This document shows, piece by piece, positions 34,867 to 45,180 of a stretch of DNA of 64,000 nucleotides (position 1 is the stretch's first letter; each line of letters opens with the position of its first letter). Location of the stretch: NCBI GenBank assembly GCA_002269645.1, contig NIVC01003543.1, positions 28,079 to 92,078 of the forward strand. Reading direction: 5' to 3'. The position numbers and the translations under genes were made by a program. The DNA comes from Macrostomum lignano. Lineage: Eukaryota. The notes beneath the pieces were generated by a model that had not been told where the DNA came from, made no database searches, and saw nothing but the letters and a program-made list of their open reading frames with translations.

Positions 34867-37516
34867 AATGCCAAGTGTCTGCCAAGTAATGCCAAGTAAA
34901 TGCCAAGTAAATGCCAACTAATGCCAAGTAAATGCCAAGTAAATGCCAACTAATGCCAACTAATGCCAAGTAAATGCCAAGTAAATGCCAACTAATGCCA
35001 ACTAATGCCAACTAATGCCAAGTAAGTGCCAACTAATGCCAAGTGTCTGCCAAGTAATGCCAAGTAAGTGCCAACTAATGCCAACTAATGCCAAGTGTCT
35101 GCCAACTAATGCCAACTAATGCCAAGTAAATGCCAACTAATGCCAACTAATGCCAAGTAAATGCCAACTAATGCCAACTAATGCCAACTAATGCCAAGTA
35201 AATGCCAACTAATGCCAAGTAAATGCCAACTAATGCCAACTAATGCCAAGTAAATGCCAACTAATGCCAACTAATGCCAACTAATGCCAAGTAATTGCCA
35301 ACTAATGCCAAGTGTCTGCCAAGTAATGCCAAGTAAGTGCCAACTAATGCCAACTAATGCCAACTAATGCCAAGTGTCTGCCAACTAATGCCAACTAATG
35401 CCAACTAATGCCAAGTAAATGCCAACTAATGCCAACTAATGCCAAGTAAATGCCAACTAATGCCAACTAATGCCAACTAATGCCAAGTAAATGCCAACTA
35501 ATGCCAACTAATGCCAACTAATGCCAAGTAAGTGCCAACTAATGCCAAGTGTCTGCCAAGTAATGCCAAGTAAGTGCCAACTAATGCCAACTAATGCCAA
35601 CTAATGCCAACTAATGCCAAGTGTCTGCCAACTAATGCCAACTAATGCCAAGTAATGCCAAGTAAATGCCAACTAATGCTAAGTAAATTCCAGGTAATGC
35701 CAAGTAATCAGTTATTTGGCCAGGCCTAGGCCTATGGCATTTGCCAAGTAAATGCCAAGTAATGCCAGGCCTATAACAATCTAATTTTCAAAAAATGAAA
35801 ATATATACTAATAATAGAATCTTCAGTTTGCAATACTCTAAGTTAGTTATTAAATAAGTTTGGAATTTAATTGTAATCATAACAGATAAAAAGCAAAGTA
35901 AGGCACAAAATGCTATAATTGTATAAAACTTTTATATCAGTCTAATTAGAAGGCTATGACAAAAAAGTACATATTGCATTTTGCTATTATTCATTCCAAA
36001 TTTTGTCTAAAAGATATTATAATTAGAAAATATAATAGGCCATCCTTAAAATATTCACTATTGAATATTTGAAAATTGAATTTGTATCAAAGCAATTTGC
36101 TTTAATATTCAAATCATATAGTAAACTTTGTTAAAACATTCAAATATTTTGCAATATTAAATTAGCTTGAAAGTGAGCAAATCATTGAAGTCTAAATTCA
36201 AGAAGTATTCCAATCATTTAGATTGAGTAATTGCTATGACCCTCTAGATCACAATGCCTAGACTATAAGGAGTGCCAAGTTGCTTGGGCACAACCACTAC
36301 CAAAGAGAGGAAGTTTAGACAAGAGGAATATTAGTAGTAAAGTGTATTATATACTTTATAAAGTATATATAAAGTGTAGGCCTATATAAGTTAGAACCAA
36401 GAGAAAGAATAATAGAGAGCCCTAGGGCAAAAATAGACAACAAACTAAGTCTAGTTATCAACTTAAAAGCATTTCCAATTTGCTATTAAATTTATGAGGC
36501 CAATAGACAAAGTGAGAAAGCAAATTTTAATAACCCCCATTAGATTATGGTCCTTTCTTAATTTATTCTTCCTATCCTATTGTCAAATTCTATAAATATA
36601 ATCAATATCATGGTTTTGCTATTCTTGAAACTTCCTTAAAGTAGAGTAGGATAAAGTAAAACAGTAACTCTAATTAGATCATGATCCATTCCTAAATATA
36701 GAAGTGCTTCACAGCCTGCCACAATATAAGAAGAATCTAAAGTGAGTATTCAAAAACCTATCAAAAGCCATCCATAGCAATGCCCAATGGTAGTGACAGA
36801 CAAGGCATGGCCAAAAATAATTGAGTAAACATAGTATTACACTTCTGGTATACAAAGCGTAAATATATAAACTTATAAAGGACAGTTGACATATGGTATT
36901 TGGCATTTCATACTTATACTTTACACAATCTGCTTAATTTTTAATGAATAAATTTAATGTTAACCATAAAAAACTTTGACAGTGAAATTCACTTTGAATT
37001 GAGGCAAAAATATATCGAGCCTCTATTAGAGGTAATTTATTTTCTATACTATGCATCAACTAAAAAACGATGCTTTAATATTAGTTTGCACCTTACGCTA
37101 GCTTAACGGGCTACACAATAACTAAGTGAAATGTAAACGAAAATGCCTGTTAAAAAATGCGAAAGTAAAATACAGTAAAACAAATTACCCATTACCCTAA
37201 CTTTGCTCATACAGGTTAAAACCACTTGATATTATACATTATGGGAGAAGATGTAAAAGTAAGCTTAGCTATTGATTTTCGATTCTCAATGACGGGGGTA
37301 GGGGTCGGGTAGTTTTGGGTAGCTTTTTGGAGTAAAACACTACCAACAAAAATAAACGTGAATTTCATCATAATCTTTCAGTTTTTCACCTAAAAAATTC
37401 CACACTAGAAGCTGCATAGGTTAGGCGCATTTTCTGGACGATTTGAAGCGGGTAGACGCCTAAAATCATCGGGTAGCCTTTTACCCCATTTTTCGGGTAG
37501 TGTTTTACCCCTTACC
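34867..37516 (-). repeat. Right TIR (~2.65 kb, uninterrupted) including 10/11-bp tandem array at ~34870-35690
   Basis: Continuous reverse complement of 26673-27422 plus 3729-5469. Confidence 0.95.
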
Positions 37517-37722
37517 GGCGATTTTTGTAAAAAGATATAGTATTTTTGAAAGCGCGTGATATTTTAAAGCGTGAAAAACGAGCATAAACACACTTCGAAC
37601 GAACTTAACGACTAACGATTAACGACGAATAAATAGGAAATTAAAAGACAGTAAATGAATAAGCAACTGAAAAGCGGATTTATTACACTGCTGATGTATC
37701 TGTTTCAGTTTGCATAACTGTT

Positions 37723-38196
37723 TTAGCTATTCATGACTTCATATATTTTAGCTACACCAGTGAGCTCTTTTCTGACTCTTTTTTCATTTGTAGCATATCC
37801 TATCTTGTGTACTTGCTTGTCATTTAAGAGGTATTGACAGAAGTATTTTTTTCTGATCTTTTCAGTTTGTGGACATTCGGTCAAGTAGTGTAGGATATCG
37901 GAACCATTTCTCGCTCCACACAGTTTACATGCTTCTTGGTAGAAAATGTTGGGTGTAATCTTGCATTTCAGTTTTAGGAGGGTAGTTAGGAATTTTTTGT
38001 TTCTAAATGTGCATGGAAAGTAATCTGAAAGGTCGGGCCTGCAGATTTTTTTGTAGAGATAGGCGTTTTTGTAGAGTTTAATATGTTGCTGGTTCTCTAG
38101 CTTTTGGCTAAGTTCTCTTTCTCTGTGTATCTTGAGGTGCTTTTTCACTAGGTATTTCTCGTTATTAAAGCGTGTGAGCAAATTTGAATGGACCAA
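37723..38196 (-). mobile_element. 3' fragment of a non-LTR retrotransposon ORF2 (CR1/L2-like group)
   Basis: C-terminal CCHC-type motif CKLCGARNGSDILHYLTEC with typical upstream LTTLLKLK context; no RT domain present. Confidence 0.65.
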
Positions 38197-40846
38197 ATTT
38201 TATAGTTTTCTTAACAAAATTTAGTTATTTATATCGTTACGCATGTCAGTTGGTCTACACAGAAAATTAATTTTTTATATAACAGCTCAAAATATTAAAA
38301 AAAAGTCTAAATGGCTTCAGTTTTAGGTAACTTATTTTAGGAAATAGTAATATAACTGGCAATAATTGTTGTAAAAACGTGACTTTTCGACCCATTTGCT
38401 TTTTAAAATCTGTTTCCCGCTTGACCCTCGTAAAAATAGCTATTCTTGATCATTACCTGAAACTCTTCTGTCTTTCTTCGGTCCCCTCCCCTGCAGTGGT
38501 TTTTTAGTCTACTCTATTCTAGGCGTTACGTCGGAAGCCTTACAATCGATATGGCTGCATGTTGATCGGATGGGTTTCTCTAGTGAAAATTTTCTCATTC
38601 GGTTCGACCTTCAGTCAAAGCACGCAAACAATATATATGTAGACTTGAGTTTTGATCAAAGGTTTTTAGAACGAGCTTCAGAAAATTGCGAGATGCACGT
38701 GTACCGCGGGCTCGTGGTGCGGAGCTGCCTCGTTGACTTTACTGATTTTTTCGATTTTCGTCATCTGCTACCGATGGGGCTATAGCGTCTGTAATGATGC
38801 TACAGGGGTGAGAGGGTTGATTAGTAATTGGTGTCAATCATTTTGGCTTAGGATTGAGTAGAAGCAATGGGGGTGGTCATGCAGTATTTGAGTTTTTCTT
38901 GCAAAATTCTGATGGGTTTCGACCTTCGGGTCCCTTGCTAGGAAGCCTTCGGGCCTCAGGCTCAGAAACAAATCACTTAGAGACCTGGCCCCCCACTCCT
39001 GTCAGATGGTCAGCCCCATGGTAGCTTGATCGTGTGGCGAGCAGTCTAGGTCCTATAGCTAAGAGAGGGACAGCGAGAGACAAGCAGGGAGAATTTTGAA
39101 GGTAGAAATTAGCTAATCCGCAGACTAAGCTAACTCGCTGCCACCAGCCCGTGCGTCCTGGCTCACCACACCGGGACTCTCGAAATCGGGCTTCCGACTA
39201 GAAGGGGCTTTGCACTTACCTGCCAACTAGTGTCTTTTTACTGTCTATCTCGAAGTCATAGCCGATGATAAGGGACACTGCTGGGACTAGATCGCATTGG
39301 CCATGCAGGTACAGAGGGGACTTGTGCAGGGGATTCTTGCAGTGGCGAGTCTATGGGGTAGCTACATGTACTATTACATTGCTAAATACGAAGATATGTA
39401 CTTTTGGCCTTCAACGCGCCAACTAGCCTCTCATAGCGCTGATGTTAGACTAACTCGAACTTCAGAGACCGCATGATTCATTACCCGAGCCGCTTGGCTA
39501 ACCTAGAGTGCACAAAGTACATCTCTGGCGCCGATTCTGCACTTCTGGCAGTTTTGCTCACTGATTTGATTGATTGATCGACTGAGAACCGCCTTGCCAT
39601 TGGTCCACTGTGACCGGCGCCTACTAGCTTAGCTACTCATCTGAGCCATCGGCAAACAAAGAAACAAAACCGATAAAAATAACTGTTAGATTTAACCTTC
39701 TCCTTTGATCACTTCACACTTCAGATTGAATTGGAGTTTAGACTACTAGCAGTATTATTGAATGACTTCTGCCTCAGTAACAGCACTACTGAACAAAATG
39801 AGCAAAAGTGTGCGCCTAATTCAGCTACTGAAACAGGGGACAGATAGGGGATCACCCAATCAAGCAAGTCTAGGTAGCCTCTCACCCAACCAATCAGAAA
39901 CTCAACAGCCGGAGACCAGGTAATCCACAGTGACCGAATCGGCTTGATGCCTCGCAGCTGTAGACTCGGGATGATGCTGACAAAATCTTCGCTGATAGCT
40001 AGCAGGTGATGATCTTCGCTTGATGTTCGCAGCTGACGACCGGGGGATTCGCCCTTGATGATGATGGGGGGAAGTCGCAATCCGGGGATCAAGAAACGAC
40101 GGTCGCGCTCCGGGAACCAGAAGTTGCGTGCTGGGCCCGAGCAAGAGGATGCGTCCGAGCGGGCCAAAAACTCCGGTTTAAATAGCCGCCAACTCGACCG
40201 CAGTTTGTTATAATGGAACACGTCGATTCTGATTGGCTGAGCCGTTTTGTTAAAATGAGCGCCGAATTTTCTGATTAGCTAAGCTTGTTGCTACCCAGAA
40301 TCACGTGACCGAGAGATCCTATCAGTTCCCACAGGGTCGTAAAAAGATGACAGGTGCGGCCATAAATCCCTCAAAATCGCAACAAAATGATTTATGACTT
40401 TTCGCGTAGGATTGACGGAAATTGATGAAAAAATATGCATTAGAAAGCTCTTATTAAATAGAAAGTGAAGATAATGAAGAGAAATCGCTAATCGCTAATC
40501 CCAAAGTACTTTTAGGGGTAAAACGCATAGCTGTCAAAGCTGTCACACGCTTGAGTGAACACGAACAATAGGCTCTGACCTCATAAATCTTGATGGCCTG
40601 TCAAAATGATGAGAAAAAAGCTACCGCCCGCATCCTCTCAGACCATCTGGCGCCCGTCTCAACACTGAGTGAGGCGCAGGTGGCTGTCAGACCAACTTCG
40701 GAAGCGATTATTTACGACCCAAAAAGCTACGCCTATGTTATTATGACTACTAGTATGGCCAGACATTATATCTAGTATAGATTCTATGACAATTTGCAGA
40801 AAAAAGATAAAAATGCCCCTTGCCCACTGTTAGTAGGCAAGTAAGT

Positions 40847-41059
40847 TTAGAGCCCATGTGCTAGCGCGGGATTTGGGAAAAAGTGCGTCCTCATCAATTC
40901 CTCGTCGGTCTTGGGCGTAGCGGCTGTGGCCGCTGCCTTCTCACCCTCCATGCAGACACTCGCCTGGTAAACCGTTGTCGCCCTACGCTCGTAGCTCTCC
41001 GTCTTTGCCATCACCTTTTGTATCCTGGTGGAATGGATCGGATGGTGGTTGTTATACAT
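40847..41059 (-). CDS. Possible small orphan protein (70 aa)
   Basis: ATG-initiated GC-rich ORF within AT-richer flanks; no recognisable motif. Confidence 0.25.
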   Translation of the reverse strand: MYNNHHPIHSTRIQKVMAKTESYERRATTVYQASVCMEGEKAAATAATPKTDEELMRTHFFPNPALAHGL

Positions 41060-41531
41060 TTAGTCCCATCACGTGCCTCCTCTGTTGGCCTCCGCATCAT
41101 TCCATTTATTTGCATGCCTTCCATCTATCTTTCTCCCTGCACGGCCCTTGACTGTTTAACGCGGTTTTTTCTATTTAGCTCCCATTCTTGTGGAATTCTA
41201 AGCCCTAATACATGTAATGCTTCAGCTTTCATGACAGATAGCGAGCTCACAATAAGAGCAGGAATCGCTTCACTAATCCATCGCTTTATGGCTGAGTGCT
41301 ATAGAGAATGAAGAAATTCTCAAGATATCCAGGAACTTCAGACAAAGAACAGATACGTGCTGAGACGATTTTATTGTGTGCACAAACAGATCGTTGTCAC
41401 CGTGTGCCACTCAAAAGAAAAAATTGTTTAAACAAGCTCTCAGAAAAGGGAATATAAAAATTTGCAAGACTTGCGATACTCTGTCAGCAGTTGCATTTGG
41501 AACAAAAATCCAACTATCAGAAGCAAGACCA

Positions 41532-42300
41532 ATGCCTCAGGTGCAGTCAGCTCTGCTCCTACTGCTCGCCCTCTGCGCAGCTGTTCGCGGCCAGTGCCGG
41601 TCCTCTTTCGAAGAAGTCAACGCCAGCCTGTGCATCAACAGTGAGTTCACGGAGGTCATCAGTGATAGTTCTATGGGTGAAAGTGCGACAGCTGACCTGC
41701 AATGCTCAGTGCAGTGCAGCATCCGGCAGCGCTGCCAGGCATTCAGCACTGTTCGTGTTCGACAGGTGCAGCAAAGGCGTGAGGAACTGCAGCTGCTCTC
41801 GGACAGGCCGGCTGTTTGTGAAGAGCCAGCCGGGACTGCAGCCAGGCCTGCTGTGTCCGGCTGGTTACGCCCAGGAGCGGTGCGGAGTGAAGTACAAGGC
41901 GTACCCGAGTCCGGGATACTGGTGGGACGCCAGGCAGAGGTGCGAGAATGACAGCGGGCTGGTGATCATGGCGGATGTGGAAGACGCAGCTGAGATGTCC
42001 TTCATTGACAGCCACTTCAATGCCGAGTACTTCAGCCAGTCGAAGTCATTGTGGCTCGGAGGCTTCCAGTCTCCAGCGAGTCCGAAGTCGAAGTTTGGCT
42101 GGCGGTGGGTCAGCTGCAACACCAGCGTGGATAGCAACCTGTGGAGCTCCTATCCGACAGGCCAGCCTGACAACATTCTTGGTGGTGAAGTCACGATTGG
42201 AAGATTTTACGAGTCTCCGGGTCTCAACGACTTTTCTCCTTCTACCCTGTCCTACAAGCCATCAGCCGTGCTGTGCAAGTGCGTGTCACCGTTCGAATGA
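41532..42300 (+). CDS. Secreted PAN/apple + C-type-lectin-like protein, intronless, with one frameshift at ~41740-41755
   Basis: Signal peptide MPQVQSALLLLLALCAAVRG; PAN-like CSVQCSIRQRCQAF in one frame; CTL motifs (WWDARQRC, LWLGG, GWRW, QPDN, VLC) in the next frame; AATAAA at ~42401. Confidence 0.75.
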
Positions 42301-42905
42301 GAGACGTTTGACCCTCAGCTACAAACCAGCCGCATGTGCAGCCTAACTGCAGACGCTTTGGCTGCGTTTATGAAGCCAACAATATTTACTTTCCTTGGTT
42401 AAATAAAAAAATATTGTTTTTTTTAACTCCCTTCCCTGCAACCCGCTGAATTCTCTTTCGTTCGTTCGCTGAAATAAAAACAAAATCAAGGAAGATGGCT
42501 AATCTACAGAACTACAGAATTCTACAGAACTAACCATAAAATTATCAGTGAGTAAGCTCGTAGAAATTTGTGAATTGCTGAACTGAAAGATAGTGCCTCA
42601 TCCAGCAAACCTGCAACCCGATAATGTCATCTTATATTTGCTACTCTCAGTAGCAGAAACTGTATCTGTGTGTCTATCTGTCTGTCTGTCTGTCTGCCTG
42701 CCTGCCTTGTCTTTCTGCAATAGAAAGTTGAATTTAAAGCTACATTTCCGTGTATTTTAAGTGCGATTCGGACCATAGACTACTCAAGTTTTCGAGCAAC
42801 GTGCATGAGTTATTGTTAGCCGATTTTTAAAGCGCTCGCTTAAAGCTGAATCAAAGTTGCTTGCCAAGGAAAGGCAGGAAAATAGAAGTCCCGAGTCTTT
42901 CAAGA

Positions 42906-43080
42906 ATGTGCAGTACCGTTCGAAAGTTCATTTTTCCCGCCGTGTTTCTGGCCTACCTGCTTCTGCTGACACCTGGCAGCTGCCTGCGAACCAAAGTCCG
43001 TGAGTTCTGCGTGCTGTGACTGGCATTTGACTGCTGAACAGGTGTTTCAATGGGATCTGATGGAATGGTTACAGACAGTC

Positions 43081-43125
<45 letters not shown>

Positions 43126-43138
43126 GTCAAACAGTCAG

Positions 43139-43189
<51 letters not shown>

Positions 43190-43889
43190 GTCAGACAGTC
43201 AAACAGACACTAAGACAGACAGACAGGCATGCAGACACTAAGACAGACAGACAGAGTCAGACAGACAGACAGACAGAGTCAGACAGACAGACAGACAGAC
43301 AGTCAGACAGACAGACAGACAGACAGACAGACAGTCAGACAGACAAACAGACAGAAAGACAGACAGACAGACAGACAGACAGACAGGCAGACAGACAGCC
43401 CACCCTATTCCCACAGTTTACTGCTATTTCTATGAGTTCTACGGCACCGAGTTCGTTGACGAGATGCAGATCCGGCGGTGCTCATCAGCCAAGTGCTACA
43501 TCCAGGCCAAGGTGCACACGCTGGACACCAGACTGTACGCGCAGCCTTCTACAACCACGGTGAGCTGACGCAGAGCACTTAAATATGGCCAGTTGTAAAC
43601 AAAAGCCACGCTGCAGCAGGAGCTTGGGGCTTGAGGGCCCCAAGTCCGGGCCGCTGTACACCCTGTGAGCGCGTGCCTGGGGGTCAGCAGTATGCCTTGA
43701 CCGCTTGTCTCCTCACTGACTTATAAGAAAGCAATCTATAAGAAAGGAAACCCCTTAGCAACGAGTTTATTTACATTGGATACGCAGATACTGGAAGGCG
43801 GATGCGGCTTCTGTGCCAACACGCCCTCAATTATGGAGAAGCAGGGCATCGCCTGCCAGGACTGCGAGTCCGACCTGTGCAACCTGTGA
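42906..43889 (+). CDS. Secreted three-finger (Ly6/uPAR-fold) protein, 112 aa; exons 42906-42999, 43417-43559, 43788-43889
   Basis: GT-AG introns with consistent phases (1, 0); signal peptide; 8 Cys in the mature part ending C-x2-C-ESDLCN-L-stop; no GPI tail. Confidence 0.8.
43074..43398. repeat. (GACA)n microsatellite in intron 1 of the three-finger gene
   Basis: Direct tandem tetramer. Confidence 0.97.
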
Positions 43890-44189
43890 CCGCCGATGAC
43901 CTTTTGACCCGGGCAGTTCAGCAACCACAGACAAGCTTAGCAACTAAGAGCAGAACTCAGTACTCAGCAAGGCCTTAATCGTTTTTTAAAAATAAAGCTT
44001 GGAGGTTTTCACTGACTAGTTTGTTTTCTTTAAGAGTCCCTGAGATTTAGAATACAAGCGAGCACCAGATGACTTCATTTTTACTATGACTAGAGAACTG
44101 TTCCTGCTCTGAGCTCTTCTGCTGCCTAATGTACATTCAGTGCTTATTGATTTTTTCATGACTATAAAACCAGGTTTCTAGCAATTAGG

Positions 44190-45010
44190 ATTGTGTGAAT
44201 CAATTCAGATTGTGTGAATCCAGTTCAGTTTGTGTGAATCCGATTCCGACCGTGTGAATCCGATTTAGATTGTGTGATTCCGATTCAGATTTTGTGAATC
44301 CAGTTCAGTTTGTGTGAATCCGATTCCAACCGTGTGAATCCGATTCAGATTGTGTGAATCCTATTCCGATCATGTGATTCCGATAGTGTGAATCAGATTC
44401 AGCTTGTGTGAATCCGATTCCGATCGTGTGAATCCGATTCAGATTGTGTGATTCCGATTCAGATTGTGTGAATCCAGTTCAGTTTGTGTGAATCCGATTC
44501 CGACCGTGTGAATCAGATTCAGCTTTTGTGAATCCGATTCCGATCGTGTGAATCCGATTCAGATTGTGTGATTCCGATGCAGATTGTGTGAATCCAGTTC
44601 AGTTTGTGTGAATCCGATTCCGACCGTGTGAATCCGATTCAGATTGTGTGAATCCGATTCAGATTGTGTGAATCCAATTCGGATTGTGTGAATCCAATTG
44701 AGATGGTGTGAATCTAAATATAGATTGTTTGAATCCAATTCAGATTGTGTGAAACCGATTCAGCTTGTGTGAATCCGATTGAGATGGTGTGAATCTAAAT
44801 ATAGATTGTTTGAATCCAATTCAGATTGTGTGAATCTAATTCAGATTGCGTGAATCTGATTCAGCTCGTGTGAATCCAATACAGATTGTGTGAATCCATA
44901 TCAGATTGTGTAAATTAAATGCAGATTGTGTGAATCCGATTCAGATTGAGTGAATCTATTTTTAGATTGCGTGAACCCGATTCAGATTGTGTGAATCTAA
45001 TTTATATTGT
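44190..45010. repeat. 20-bp minisatellite (TTGTGTGAATCCGATTCAGA)
   Basis: About 40 tandem copies; each contains the TGAATC-C-GATTCA inverted repeat. Confidence 0.95.
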
Positions 45011-45180
45011 GTGAATCGTATTCAGTAAGTTCGAGTTGAATACCGGTTATTGAAATAATATTAGAAATAAAATTTCCAAACCAAAAGCCTTTGCGCTGAT
45101 TTTATTACTTTCTAAAGCAATACTCTGCAAGAGCTGGGGCTGAGTGCCTCAAAACTGAAATTGTCAACTCGCACGCAGCC

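Larger units (their letters stand above)
3729..37516 (-). mobile_element. Giant Mutator-like (MULE/Foldback-type) DNA transposon with nested Helitron array
   Basis: Both ends read GGTAAGGGGTAAAACACTACCCGAAAAATGGGG in inverted orientation; exact 9-bp TSD GGCGATTTT at 3720-3728 and 37517-37525; internal MULE-type transposase. About 12.6 kb once the 21.2-kb Helitron insert is removed. Confidence 0.93.

Noticed and set aside
38916-38969. Active hammerhead ribozyme
   Set aside because: The CUGANGA catalytic core is absent on both strands.
39721-40221. 166-aa and 80-aa ORFs; the latter loosely resembles a retrotransposon C-terminal Cys motif (RFCQH...YLVSGC)
   Set aside because: The zinc-ligand pattern is incomplete and there is no RT or endonuclease context.
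43000-43563. 187-aa QTDR-repeat ORF, and similar repeat ORFs at 45742-46326, 47673-49011, 49379-49918, 51897-52704, 62856-63491
   Set aside because: Translations of intronic or intergenic micro- and minisatellites.
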